Positions 9,538-19,339 of a DNA stretch of 64,000 nt are shown here, piece after piece. Each line of letters opens with the position of its first letter. Positions within the stretch are counted from its first letter, which is position 1. This DNA comes from Candidatus Binataceae bacterium. GTDB taxonomy: Bacteria > Desulfobacterota > Binatia > Binatales > Binataceae. Both the position numbers and the translations under genes were made by a program. The notes beneath the pieces were generated by a model, which saw nothing but the letters and a program-made list of their open reading frames with translations, was not told the DNA's origin and ran no database searches. Location: contig CAWBLQ010000006.1 of NCBI GenBank assembly GCA_963789715.1, forward strand, positions 431,007-495,006, given 5' to 3'.

Positions 9538-10050
9538 CTACTCGACACCTTCACGAACGACTTCTTCCGCACCCGACTCCTTCAGCATCGACTCGACGCG
9601 CGGCGCTTCCGCCTCGTCACATCGAACTATGATCCCGAATCGATCCTCGCCGAAGCGCCCGTCGTAGCCAGGCGCAATCTCGCTCGTCGGCACACCCGAC
9701 AGCGTAAGCACGCCCAGGAAGCCGAAAATTCCGCCGAGCAGAACCATCAGCTCGAAGCAGATCACGATGAACGGCGGCCACGACAGCAGCGGCTTGCCGC
9801 CCGCGTTGAGCCCCCATTCGAAAGTTGTTCCAATCGTGATCGCGAGCCCGGTGAGAACGCCCGAGATTCCGCCCGCCAGCACGATCCAGCGCACCGGGCT
9901 CTTTGATTTGCCGATTGCGTGTTCGATTCGATGGCTCGGGATCGGCGAGAACGTGTTGAAATTTCCGACCTTGGCCGCGCGAAGCTCCTCGATCGCATTC
10001 GCGCATCGAGTGTCATCGGCGAACGAACCTATGATCGCAACCGAGCTCAT
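9538..10050 (-). CDS. actD: Alternative complex III subunit ActD (DUF3341-like)
   Basis: Start assigned at the Met (MSSVAIIGSF…) that overlaps the actC stop as ATGA. One TM pair plus a soluble domain in the conserved ActD position. Confidence 0.6.
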   Translation of the reverse strand: MSSVAIIGSFADDTRCANAIEELRAAKVGNFNTFSPIPSHRIEHAIGKSKSPVRWIVLAGGISGVLTGLAITIGTTFEWGLNAGGKPLLSWPPFIVICFELMVLLGGIFGFLGVLTLSGVPTSEIAPGYDGRFGEDRFGIIVRCDEAEAPRVESMLKESGAEEVVREGVE

Positions 10051-11405
10051 GCGGCTTTGACTCGATCCATCTTGAGCGCCTTCCGCAGCCAGACGATTCC
10101 TTCTTTGAGTTCCGTCATCGAGATGATCGGCAAGAACCTGGAGAACAACGAGAAGAGCCCGACGAACCACGCGAAGCTGCCGACCGTGATCATGATTTCA
10201 GTGATCGACGGACGGTAGCTGGCCCACTGCGACGGCTCGAAGTTCGCCGTCAGCGAACCCGCGATAATCACGAAACGCTCGAACCACATCCCGATGTTTA
10301 CGAAAATTGTGATTACCCAGAGCGCCCTCAGGTTAACCCTGATGCGGGGCGAAAATAGCAACAATGGTATTACGCAGTTGCACGAGACCATTACCCAGTA
10401 CATCCATCCCCACGGCCCGAAGTACCGCATGTGGAAAGTCATTTGCTCGATTGGATCGCCCGCGTACCAGGTCATGAAGGCTTCAGTAATGTACGCATAG
10501 GAGACGACCAGCGACGTGAGCAGCACGACCTTCGCGAGATTGTCGAAATGCCACTCGGTCAGCAGGTCCTCGATGCCCAGCAGCCGGCGCATCGGGATCA
10601 GCAGCGTGATAACCATCGCGACGCCCGAGAAGATCGCGCCGGCGACGAAGTACGGCGCGAATATCGTGCTGTGCCAGCCCGGATTTATCGCCATCGCGAA
10701 GTCCCATGACACCACCGAGTGCACCGAAAGCACCAGAGGAGTCGCCAGGCCCGCCATCAGCAGGTACGCCATTGAGTAATGACGCCATTGCCGATCGGTT
10801 CCCTGCCAGCCCATGGCCAGCACCGTGTAGAACTTCTTGCGCCATCCGGCCGCGGCCTCGCGCGCGTTGGCAATGTCGGGAATCAGTCCCATCGTCCAGA
10901 ACAGGGCGCTAATAGTCAGATAGGTACTTACTGCGAAAGCGTCCCACACCAATGGCGAGCGGAAGTCGGGTTGCAGAGATCGCTCATTAGGATATGGCAA
11001 TAGCCAGTAGAAAAACCACACGCGGCCAAGATGGATTAGTGGGAACAGTCCTGCAGTAGCTACTGCGAATATAGTCATTGTCTCCGCGGCGCGGTAAACG
11101 GCGGTGCGCCACTTGGTGCGGAAGAGAAATAGAATCGCGGAGATCAACGTCCCCGAGTGCGCGATCCCGACCCAGAAGACGAAGTTAGTAATGTAGATTG
11201 CCCACATCACGGGCTGGCGAAGACCCGTCACGCCCAGCCCCGAGTAGATCTGGCGAGCCCACAACGCGCCCGCGATCGCCACCAGCGTGAAGCAGAATCC
11301 GATCCAGGCCCAGTACGCGAGGCCGGCCGGCTCCATCACCCGCAGCACGCTGCGATCGATGTCGCGGAAACTCGGCTCCGCGTTTATCTTCGGCGCCGCC
11401 GCCAC
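10047..11405 (-). CDS. actC: Alternative complex III subunit ActC (NrfD/PsrC family quinol-interacting membrane subunit)
   Basis: 452 aa, about 10 TM, NrfD-like. Lies between actB and actD. Confidence 0.85.
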   Translation of the reverse strand: MAAAPKINAEPSFRDIDRSVLRVMEPAGLAYWAWIGFCFTLVAIAGALWARQIYSGLGVTGLRQPVMWAIYITNFVFWVGIAHSGTLISAILFLFRTKWRTAVYRAAETMTIFAVATAGLFPLIHLGRVWFFYWLLPYPNERSLQPDFRSPLVWDAFAVSTYLTISALFWTMGLIPDIANAREAAAGWRKKFYTVLAMGWQGTDRQWRHYSMAYLLMAGLATPLVLSVHSVVSWDFAMAINPGWHSTIFAPYFVAGAIFSGVAMVITLLIPMRRLLGIEDLLTEWHFDNLAKVVLLTSLVVSYAYITEAFMTWYAGDPIEQMTFHMRYFGPWGWMYWVMVSCNCVIPLLLFSPRIRVNLRALWVITIFVNIGMWFERFVIIAGSLTANFEPSQWASYRPSITEIMITVGSFAWFVGLFSLFSRFLPIISMTELKEGIVWLRKALKMDRVKAA

Positions 11406-14336
11406 TCAGGCCTTTCCCTTCTCGCGATAAAGATCGCGCAGATACGTGATCGCCGGTTGCGTGTTGAGTTCCTCCAGCGCGCGATAGTTGCGCAGCTTGT
11501 TGTCCTCGCGCCGGCGCATCATCGCGCTGGCGGGATCGTTGCTGTCGCCAAACGTGATTGCTCGCGTCGGACACGCCTGCTGGCACGCCGTGACGATCTC
11601 GCCGTCGCGCAGCTCGCGATCTTCTGTCTTTGCGTTGAGCTCGCCGAACTGGATTCGCTGGATGCAGAACGTGCATTTTTCCATCACGCCGGCGCCGCGC
11701 ACCGTCACGTCGGGATTGAGTTGCAGGTTGAGCGGCGCCGGCCATTCCGGCACGAACCAGTTGAATCGACGCACCTTGTACGGACAGTTGTTTTCGCAAT
11801 AGCGCGTGCCAACGCATCGATTGTAGATCTGGCCGTTGAGGCCCTCCCCGGTGTGATACGACGCAAACACCGGGCATACCGGTTCGCACGGCGCGTGCCC
11901 GCACTGCTGGCACAGCATCGGCGCAAGGTAGAGTTGCGGCGCCTGCGCCGCTTCGCTGGCCTGCGGGAAGTAACGCTCGATGCGAATCCACGACATGATG
12001 CGCCCGTTGTCGACCCCTTCCCTGCCTACCCACGGAACATTGTTCTCCGCGTAGCACGCCGTCACACACGCGCTGCATCCAGTGCACGCATTGACGTCGA
12101 TCGTCATGCCCCATTTGTGTCCCGCATATTGCCAGGGCGCGTACATCTCGAACGGCCCGCTGACTTCTTCCGCCTCGTTCTTCGGCACGACGCAGCGCGC
12201 AAGCTGCTCGATACTCATCGCCTCGACGATCGATCGCCCCATCATGTCGCTGTTGCCCAGCGGTGAAACCAGCGTGCGAGTCTTGCCGGTCGCGCGCGCG
12301 GTCGTGGCGGCGTAGGTCGCGCCCGCCGCGAGTATCGCCCACGCATTGGCGCCGACGTCTTTTGCATAACGGCCGTACGCGCGATGCCCCTGCCCGAGCG
12401 GCACCGCGATCACACCGGGACGCACCGTGCTCTCGACCAGGACCGGCGCCTCGATCGCGCCGTGCTCGGTTTTGATCTCGATGACGTCGTCCTTGGCGAC
12501 GCCGAGCTTGCGCGCCGTCTCGGGATGCATCTCGGCCCAGCTGTCCCATACGATCTGCGTGACCGGCTCCGGCAACTCCTGCAGCCACGGCTTGTCCGCG
12601 CCGCGCCCGTCGTAAAGAAAAATGTGTGGATAGGCGTAAACCGAGAGTTCCATTTGAGCCGCGGCCGGCACCGGCGCTTTGAAAGGAGAGGTGTCGAGTT
12701 TGAGCGCCGACAGATGCTGTTCCTCGAACAGTCCGCCTTCGCGCCGGACGTTTACCCAGAAATCATCCGGAATCGCGCCGTCCGCTTTGGGAGCCAGCGC
12801 CAGCCACTCGGCTTTGATCGCCTCCGCGGTAGTCGTCCACGCAAGCTTCGCGCTCGAGGCTCGGCCGGCGGCCTCGAGCAGGATATCGCCCGCCGCCTTG
12901 CTGTCGAACACCGGCTGCATCACCGGCTGTCCCAGTCCGCGGATTCCCGCGCGCGGCGCCGTGTCGCGCCACGCTTCGAGCGGATGATGCGCCGGCAGGA
13001 CGAGACTCGCCATCGCCGCGGTCTCGTCCGGCACGCCGCCCGCCCACACCACGAACGGAACCTTCTGCAGCGCCTCGGCCATTCGCGCCGCCGCCGGCAT
13101 CGTGAAGACCGGATTCGCGCCCGCGACGAACACCGCGTCGATCTCGCCGCCGCGCATCGCGTCAACCGCCGCATCAACTTCGTCCGGCGTGCTGGCCTCT
13201 TCGGCCGGCGAGCCTTCCAGGAACATTATGGTCCTGCCGAAATTGCCGGTGACCGCGTTGAGGATCATCACCGCAAGATGAGCTGACGAATCGTCGGTGC
13301 CCGCAATCGCCAGCGCGCCGTCCGCCTTGCCGAATGTCTCGCCGAGCCTTGTGATGGTTTCGACCGGCACGCCGGTGCGCGCGCTGGTCGCGGACGGATC
13401 GAAATTCGCGACCGCGTTGGAGAGCGCCGCGAGATCGAAGCCCGAGTTCTGCGAAATCCAGCGCTGCTTGACCAGCACGTTGAGCACGCTCCACGCAACG
13501 TCGGCCTGCGCGCCCGGCGCCGTCGCGATCCAGTCGTCGCACTTCGACGCCGTCATGCTGAGCCGCGGGCCGACATAGGTCGCGCGTCCGAAAGTCAGCG
13601 CGCCGCGCCGTTTCTGTGGCGCGCGGAACAGCGAATATTGGCGCGCGAGTTCCACCGGCGATTGCCACGTCTCCAGGAAGTCCGCGCCGAAGGAAATCAG
13701 CACCTCGGCCTGATCGATTCGATAGGCCGGCAGATCGCGCCGGCCAAACAGTGTCTTCGCCGCGACCCGCGCCGGCTCCTGGTTGATTGCTTCGTAAAAA
13801 ATCGCGCGCGATGAACCATAAGCGCCGAGAAACGCGATCACGATCTTTCTGAAAGTCGGCCCCTGCGGCGAACCGAAGAACGCAACGCGCTCCTTGCCCG
13901 CCTTCGACGCCGCCACCAGCTTGTCGCCAAGCAGTTTCTCGGCTTCGTCCCACGACACCGTCCGCAATCCGCCGTCGTCGCCGCGAACCTGCGGATGCGC
14001 CAGCCGGTCCGGATTGTAGAGTCCTTGCAGCGCCGCCTGCCCCCGCGCGCACAACGCGCCCTGCCCGATCGGATCGGCGGGATTCCCCTCCAGCTTGATC
14101 ACGCGCCCTTCGCGGATTCGCGCCACCACGCCGCATCCCGCCGGGCACTCCGAACACGTCGTGGCGAAAAAACTCGGGACGCCCGGGACTACATTCTCAT
14201 CCGGCACCACGTACGGGATCAGCTTGCGCGCCGCCGGCTCGCAGCCGGGGATTGCCGCCGCCGCGCCCGCGGTCGCGGCCAGCTTGATGAACGATCGCCT
14301 GGATATCGACGGTCTCTCGCGCATCCGCTTCCTCAC
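11406..14336 (-). CDS. actB: Alternative complex III subunit ActB (molybdopterin-oxidoreductase-like domain fused to a 4Fe-4S ferredoxin domain, with Tat signal)
   Basis: 976 aa. Twin-arginine signal (SRRSFIKLAATAGAAAA). N-terminal CSECPAGC Fe-S motif. C-terminal multiple CxxCxxCxxxCP ferredoxin motifs (CTGCSACVTAC, CQQCGHAPCEPVCP, CVGTRYCENNCP). Confidence 0.85.
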   Translation of the reverse strand: MRKRMRERPSISRRSFIKLAATAGAAAAIPGCEPAARKLIPYVVPDENVVPGVPSFFATTCSECPAGCGVVARIREGRVIKLEGNPADPIGQGALCARGQAALQGLYNPDRLAHPQVRGDDGGLRTVSWDEAEKLLGDKLVAASKAGKERVAFFGSPQGPTFRKIVIAFLGAYGSSRAIFYEAINQEPARVAAKTLFGRRDLPAYRIDQAEVLISFGADFLETWQSPVELARQYSLFRAPQKRRGALTFGRATYVGPRLSMTASKCDDWIATAPGAQADVAWSVLNVLVKQRWISQNSGFDLAALSNAVANFDPSATSARTGVPVETITRLGETFGKADGALAIAGTDDSSAHLAVMILNAVTGNFGRTIMFLEGSPAEEASTPDEVDAAVDAMRGGEIDAVFVAGANPVFTMPAAARMAEALQKVPFVVWAGGVPDETAAMASLVLPAHHPLEAWRDTAPRAGIRGLGQPVMQPVFDSKAAGDILLEAAGRASSAKLAWTTTAEAIKAEWLALAPKADGAIPDDFWVNVRREGGLFEEQHLSALKLDTSPFKAPVPAAAQMELSVYAYPHIFLYDGRGADKPWLQELPEPVTQIVWDSWAEMHPETARKLGVAKDDVIEIKTEHGAIEAPVLVESTVRPGVIAVPLGQGHRAYGRYAKDVGANAWAILAAGATYAATTARATGKTRTLVSPLGNSDMMGRSIVEAMSIEQLARCVVPKNEAEEVSGPFEMYAPWQYAGHKWGMTIDVNACTGCSACVTACYAENNVPWVGREGVDNGRIMSWIRIERYFPQASEAAQAPQLYLAPMLCQQCGHAPCEPVCPVFASYHTGEGLNGQIYNRCVGTRYCENNCPYKVRRFNWFVPEWPAPLNLQLNPDVTVRGAGVMEKCTFCIQRIQFGELNAKTEDRELRDGEIVTACQQACPTRAITFGDSNDPASAMMRRREDNKLRNYRALEELNTQPAITYLRDLYREKGKA

Positions 14337-14852
14337 TCAGTGATGACAGTCCACGCAGTCGAGCGTCGCTTTTTTCTCCGTGTGACAGTCCACGCAGAAG
14401 CCCATGTTGATTTCAAATGCCGGCACCACGCGATCCATCGTTTGCACCGGGCCGTGACATCTCTGGCATTCCAGTCCCGCATGAATATGCGGCCGATGCG
14501 TGAAGCGCACGAAGTCGGGCAGCGTGTACACCCGATTCCACTGGATCTCGAACGCCGCCGGCGTCACGTCCGTCCACGGCCGCGTCACTGGCTGGATTCC
14601 GCCGCCCGTTACTGCGTTGCCATGACATCCCACGCATCTCGCCACCGCCGGAATCCCCGGTTCGGACGACCGGCTCGCATAGGCATGGCAATATTGGCAG
14701 GGAATCTTGTTCACCCCGGCGTGTACGCGATGGCTGAATGGTATCGGCTGTACTACGTCCGCCCGCGGCGCCCACGGCCGCTCCGACAGAGCGATTACTG
14801 CCCCTCCCAGGACGAGCATCAACAGCGCAAGCGGTAGCACTATCTTATTCAT
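14337..14852 (-). CDS. actA: Alternative complex III subunit ActA (pentahaem cytochrome c)
   Basis: 171 aa with signal peptide and five CxxCH motifs (CQYCH, CVGCH, CQRCH, CVDCH, CVDCHH). Its stop abuts the actB start. Confidence 0.8.
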   Translation of the reverse strand: MNKIVLPLALLMLVLGGAVIALSERPWAPRADVVQPIPFSHRVHAGVNKIPCQYCHAYASRSSEPGIPAVARCVGCHGNAVTGGGIQPVTRPWTDVTPAAFEIQWNRVYTLPDFVRFTHRPHIHAGLECQRCHGPVQTMDRVVPAFEINMGFCVDCHTEKKATLDCVDCHH

Positions 14853-15106
14853 GCTCTCGGTCAGGCTTGTGATAATCCCAAAGAGCGCCGACGCGCCACC
14901 GCTGGACCGTTAAAATTTCTAACAATAGGACCGCTGTCAATCAAGTAAAGTTAATGCTACCTGCCGCGCCAGATCATCAAATCGTCACACCCGCCTGTGG
15001 ATTCCCATTGTGCGAGAACGCTGATTTATTGCGGAAGGTAGTTTCTACACTGTGGAAAGTATGTTACTTACGTTTAGGTTCTTGTGGTCTGAGGCTGTTT
15101 CTACAG
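14853..15106. promoter_or_regulatory. AT-richer divergent intergenic region between the act-cox operon (minus) and dapL (plus); contains the direct repeat GTTTCTACA twice
   Basis: About 250 bp with GC visibly lower than the flanks. GTTTCTACA(C/G)(T/G)GTG occurs at about 15042 and about 15095. No protein-coding signal. Confidence 0.4.
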
Positions 15107-16276
15107 GTGCAAATCAAGACTGCTTCTCGATTGGGTCTTTTACCGCCCTACCTTTTTGCCGAACTTGACCGCCTGAAGAAGGAGGTCGCAAGCAAGGGCA
15201 TCGACGTTATTAGCCTCTCCATCGGCGACCCCGACCTGCCCACCCCGCGGCACATCGTCGAGACTCTCAAGCGCGCCGCCGACGACCCCGCAAATCATCG
15301 CTATCCCGACTACGAAGGCTTGCCGCAATTTCGCGCCGCATCCGCGGACTGGTACCGCCGCCGTTTCGGCGTCAGCTTCGACCATCAGCGCGAGGTCTGC
15401 GCCCTCATCGGCTCCAAGGAAGGCATCGCAAACTTCGCGACCGCCGTCGTCAACCCCGGCGACATCGTGCTGATCCCGGACCCCGGTTACCCCGTGTATT
15501 ACTCGGGATGCGTCTTCAACGGTGGCGATCCGTATTTCCTGCCGCTCAGGAAAGAAAACGGATTCGTTCCCGACCTTGCGTCGATTCCCGCCGAAGTCGC
15601 CCGCCGCGCGCGCTTGCTGTGGCTGAACTATCCGAACAATCCAACCGCCGCGACCGTTGACCTTTCGTTTTTCCAGGACGCCGTAAAGTTCTGCCTCAAG
15701 CACGACATCATCCTCGCCCACGACAGCGCTTACTCCGAAATTGCCTACGACGGCTATCGCGCGCCGAGCGTTTTCCAGGCCGAAGGCTCGCGCGATTGCG
15801 CAATTGAATTTCACTCGCTGTCCAAAACCTTCTCGATGACCGGATGGCGCGTCGGCTTCGCCATCGGCAACGCGCAGTTGATTGGCGCGCTCGGCAAGGT
15901 CAAGACCAACATGGACTCCGGCGTTTTCCAGGCCGTCCAGGAAGCCGCCATCACCGGCCTCGAAGGAGGCGACGGCGACAAGCTCGCCGAATATTGCGCA
16001 ATCTACAAGGAGCGCCGCGATCTGCTGGTAGGCTCGCTGCGCGCGCTCGGCCTCGAATGCGAACAGCCGCGCGCGACCTTTTACGTCTGGACCAGAGTTC
16101 CTCGCGGTTACACCTCGGTTTCATTTACCGAGCGCGTATTGAAGGAAGCCGGCGTCGCGATCACGCCCGGCTCCGGATTCGGCAAGGGTGGTGAGGGGTA
16201 CGTTCGCTTTTCGCTGACGGTGTCGAGCGAACGGTTGGTCGAGGCGGTGGACCGACTAAAAGCGCTGCGGTTGTAA
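15107..16276 (+). CDS. dapL: Class I/II aminotransferase, most similar in pattern to LL-diaminopimelate aminotransferase
   Basis: N-terminal P-YLF-E-R motif and SIGDPD segment typical of DapL-type enzymes. PLP lysine region SLSKTFSMTGWRVGF. Start is uncertain: GTG at 15107 or TTG at 15131 (the track's 14954 start is probably too long). Confidence 0.65.
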   Translation: MQIKTASRLGLLPPYLFAELDRLKKEVASKGIDVISLSIGDPDLPTPRHIVETLKRAADDPANHRYPDYEGLPQFRAASADWYRRRFGVSFDHQREVCALIGSKEGIANFATAVVNPGDIVLIPDPGYPVYYSGCVFNGGDPYFLPLRKENGFVPDLASIPAEVARRARLLWLNYPNNPTAATVDLSFFQDAVKFCLKHDIILAHDSAYSEIAYDGYRAPSVFQAEGSRDCAIEFHSLSKTFSMTGWRVGFAIGNAQLIGALGKVKTNMDSGVFQAVQEAAITGLEGGDGDKLAEYCAIYKERRDLLVGSLRALGLECEQPRATFYVWTRVPRGYTSVSFTERVLKEAGVAITPGSGFGKGGEGYVRFSLTVSSERLVEAVDRLKALRL

Positions 16277-16284
16277 CGGCGAGG

Positions 16285-16839
16285 ATGCCCCATCGGGCTT
16301 TCATCGGAATAGGCAGTAATCTAGGCGATCGAGCCGCCAATTATCGCGAGGCGATTCAACGGATCGCGGCGATCCCGGACACGAGGGTCGTGCGCCAATC
16401 CTCGATCTACGAGACCGAACCGATGGGCGATCTCAAGGGCGCCTTCTTGAACGGCGTCATCGAAGTCGAGACCGAACTCCCCGCCGAAGTCCTGATGCGC
16501 CGGATGCTCGCGCTCGAGCGCATCATGGGCCGCAAGCGCGTCAAGGGCCGCAAGCAGGCCCGCGGCAAGTACCGGCCGCGAATCATCGATCTCGATTTGC
16601 TGTTCTTCAACAAGGAAACGATCGACACCCGCATACTCAAAGTGCCGCATCCGCGCCTGCATGAGCGCCGCTTCGTCCTCGCCCCCATGAGCGAGCTCGC
16701 GCCCGCGCTGATTCATCCCAAACTCAACGCGTCTATTTCCGAGATGCTGGCGGGACTCAAGTCACCGTTTCGTGTTACTCTCGCACGAGCGGACTTGCTG
16801 AGGCCGCAACCCTCAAAACGCGAGGCATCCACCCGATGA
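16285..16839 (+). CDS. folK: 2-amino-4-hydroxy-6-hydroxymethyldihydropteridine pyrophosphokinase
   Basis: 184 aa. [11 protein letters not shown]-terminus, IDLDLLFF, and the [11 protein letters not shown] motif typical of HPPK. Confidence 0.9.
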   Translation: MPHRAFIGIGSNLGDRAANYREAIQRIAAIPDTRVVRQSSIYETEPMGDLKGAFLNGVIEVETELPAEVLMRRMLALERIMGRKRVKGRKQARGKYRPRIIDLDLLFFNKETIDTRILKVPHPRLHERRFVLAPMSELAPALIHPKLNASISEMLAGLKSPFRVTLARADLLRPQPSKREASTR

Positions 16840-17486
16840 AATATTTTATCGATACCGCCGACGTCGCCGAGATTCGCGAGGCCGCCAGTTGGGGACTCAT
16901 CGACGGCGTCACCACCAATCCATCGTTGATGGCGAAGACTGGGCGCCCGTATCACGACGTGCTGAAAGAGATTTGCGAAATCGTCGACGGACCCGTCAGC
17001 GCCGAAGTTGTCGCAACAGAAGCCTCCGCGATGATCGAGGAGGGCGAGAAGCTCGCCAAGCTGCACAGGAACATCGTGGTCAAGTGCCCGATGATCGTCG
17101 AGGGCCTCAAGGCCACTCACGCGCTCGCCAAGCGCGGCATCCGCGTCAACGTCACGCTCATCTTTACTCCGCTGCAGGCGCTGGCGGCGGCCAAGGTCGG
17201 CGCCTCGTTCCTGTCGCCGTTCATCGGACGCCTCGACGACATCGGACAGGACGGCTTCCAGATCGTCGAGGAGATGGTGCAGATACTGTCGAACTACGAC
17301 TATCCCGCCGAGGTGCTGGTCGCGTCGGTGCGCAGCACGACTCATCTGCTGCGCGCAGCCGCTATAGGCGCGGACATCGCGACGGTCCCGTTCGCGGTGC
17401 TGAAGCAGACCCTGCACCACCCGCTGACAGACCTGGGCCTGGAGCGCTTCCTGGCAGACTGGCGCAAAACCAACCAAAAGATCTGA
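16836..17486 (+). CDS. tal: Short-type transaldolase / fructose-6-phosphate aldolase family protein
   Basis: 216 aa. [10 protein letters not shown]…TTNPSL…VKCPMI… pattern of MipB/TalC-type transaldolases. Its ATG overlaps the folK stop (ATGA). Confidence 0.85.
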   Translation: MKYFIDTADVAEIREAASWGLIDGVTTNPSLMAKTGRPYHDVLKEICEIVDGPVSAEVVATEASAMIEEGEKLAKLHRNIVVKCPMIVEGLKATHALAKRGIRVNVTLIFTPLQALAAAKVGASFLSPFIGRLDDIGQDGFQIVEEMVQILSNYDYPAEVLVASVRSTTHLLRAAAIGADIATVPFAVLKQTLHHPLTDLGLERFLADWRKTNQKI

Positions 17487-17850
17487 CGGATCTTCGCCTC
17501 TCTCTGTCAGGGACCGACGCCAGTCTTCGAGCGGCGGGTAAGGGTCCAAATTCCAGGTTCTTCGCATCGCGAGGAATAAAGGGCCGCAACGCAACAGTCC
17601 GGATCTCTGCCTCTCTCTATCTGTCAGCTGTCAGGGAGAGGATGAAGGTGAGGGTCTTGTGCAGCGCGCGATTTTTTCCGCGCGCGATTCAGGATTCCGC
17701 TCCGGCTACCTCGCCCGTTCTTTTCACGGGAGAGGCAACCGGCCCGCGTCGCGGCCGGCAGGTGAGGGTTCCGCGACCGCAGCACAAAAGCACGACTGCT
17801 CACTGATCACTTTATTTTAATGCGGCACCCACCGTGGGTTCCGCACCTCC

Positions 17851-17915
17851 TTGGGCAGGGGTGACCCCTGCACCCGGTGACAGGATGAAGATGCGGGACT
17901 TTCGTCCCTGTTCGA
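17851..17915 (+). repeat. R1 palindromic REP-like repeat, copy 1 (GCAGGGGTGACCCCTGC hairpin + GGGACTTTCGTCCC hairpin)
   Basis: About 85% identical to copies at 23940-24005 (same orientation) and 43441-43500 (reverse orientation). All three copies are intergenic. Confidence 0.7.
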
Positions 17916-17953
17916 AGGGGGTTGGGGGAATTGCCTCGCCCGCTTCTTACGGT

Positions 17954-18832
17954 TCAGCGGTGCGAAACTAGGTGCCAGCGTGCACCGTCGAACCGGATTT
18001 CCCCGTGACGCTTCAAATACTGTTGGGCGTTACGAACGTAGTGTTTCCACTTCTTGCCGAAGTGCACCCCGTCAATGACGCGATCGGTGGAATCGTCACA
18101 TAGGTCCGGGTGGAGTAACTGAATTAATGGGTGAAGGTCCACAGTTCGCAGAGGACCCTTTGCGAGCAGGAATCTGAGCGTTTCCGAGAAGATGGCGTGG
18201 GTCGTTTTTCCCCTCGCCCGGTGACGCAACAGTCGAAGATTAGTCGCTTGCAGTTTCCTCTCAAATGCGCGCCGTGCTCGGTCGCGTATGGGTCTTTCTG
18301 CGCGCTGGAAAAGTGATTTGAGGTCTTCCACCTCCGCCGAGAGTGCCGCTACATCGTCAACGGAGACCTTTGCACCTAGCGAAGCGTAGCTTTCGAAGTC
18401 CGATCTGACCTCCCTAACGATACCTTCTTCCGTCAAGGCGACCCCGTATTCGACGTTCCCGCGCAAGCCAGGCTCCGTCAGGTTACCAGAGGTTACAATT
18501 GCCATCTTGGAGTCTGCCACGTAAACCTTGGCGTGAACGCTAGGCAAGTGCGTAAGCTCGAACCTGGGTAAGCTTCGGCCGAAATCGGCTATTGCTCCAA
18601 GGTCCATGGAGCCAGCGAGCGTGCTCTCGGGTCTGAGATCCGTAATGAGATCTACGCGCACCGAAGCACGGCGCGCCCGTTCGTCAAGCTGCTTAAGTAT
18701 CCGCTTCGTGGCAGAGCGCTTAACAAAGGGGCTGACGATGAGCAGACGTTCGTCGGCCAGAGAAATGAGCCTCTCAAGCGTTTCAGGCCAAGGACTCCGA
18801 ACGATAGATACCAGTCGCGCGTCCGGCGTCAC
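17954..18832 (-). CDS. PLD-family (single HKD motif) nuclease fused to a C-terminal Mrr_N-like winged-helix domain; restriction-type nuclease candidate
   Basis: HKD motif HAKVYVADSKMAIVTSGNLT in the N-terminal half. The C-terminal GVHFGKKWKHYVRNAQQYLKRHGEIRFDGARWHLV resembles the Mrr N-terminal winged helix. The gene has lower GC and is flanked by repeats. Confidence 0.6.
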   Translation of the reverse strand: MTPDARLVSIVRSPWPETLERLISLADERLLIVSPFVKRSATKRILKQLDERARRASVRVDLITDLRPESTLAGSMDLGAIADFGRSLPRFELTHLPSVHAKVYVADSKMAIVTSGNLTEPGLRGNVEYGVALTEEGIVREVRSDFESYASLGAKVSVDDVAALSAEVEDLKSLFQRAERPIRDRARRAFERKLQATNLRLLRHRARGKTTHAIFSETLRFLLAKGPLRTVDLHPLIQLLHPDLCDDSTDRVIDGVHFGKKWKHYVRNAQQYLKRHGEIRFDGARWHLVSHR

Positions 18833-19234
18833 GCGGGAGTCCAGACTACTCGCTGATGCTCGTCACCTCGGCAACCGCCGCCTTTAGTTCTCGCGTATTC
18901 GAGGCCCGCATCTGCGTCGCAATGGAAGCGCTCACAGGCATCGCATCGCTCGATGCAACGGCTGCCTATCTTGTTTGGTGGACCCGCGAGGATTCCCCTC
19001 ACTCCCGAGTACACCGTCCCGGGTTTCTGGCATTCGCAGCGCACCCGTCAAATCCTCACTTCAATCTCGCGGAACGGATCGTCGCGTTGACAAGTCTCCG
19101 CCGATCGCGTTCAGCGCGGCCATGTACTCCAGCGAATCACCGAGAATAATCTGGCCTCGTTTTGTTTTATGAAATGACGACATCTCTGCCCACTTTAGCA
19201 GGCGTTAGGTCCGGCGCGAACCACGTCGAAGGCG

Positions 19235-19305
19235 CACAGAGAATAACAGCAACTCGCGCGTTCGCACATCTTGTGGTTGGTTTTGCCAGTTTGCCAGTAA
19301 GCGTT
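19235..19305 (-). repeat. R2 repeat (about 65 bp, core GGCAGAACGAGGAACGCTTACTGGCA…CCAACC.GAAGATGTGAGG), reverse-oriented copy
   Basis: Reverse complement matches forward copies at 19670-19735 and 20575-20645, and a partial copy at 21486-21540. Confidence 0.65.
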
Positions 19306-19339
19306 CCTCGTTCTGCCGAATAGCTGCCGCCTGACGCAG

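Noticed and set aside
5380-12588. Numerous 100-470-aa ORFs antisense or out of frame to the cox/act genes (e.g. 5380..6426, 7274..8299, 8296..9906, 11157..12266, 11185..12588, 12384..13286, 13174..14157)
   Set aside because: All lie inside well-supported respiratory genes. Their compositions (R/A/G/P/H-rich, no motifs) mark them as GC-driven spurious ORFs.
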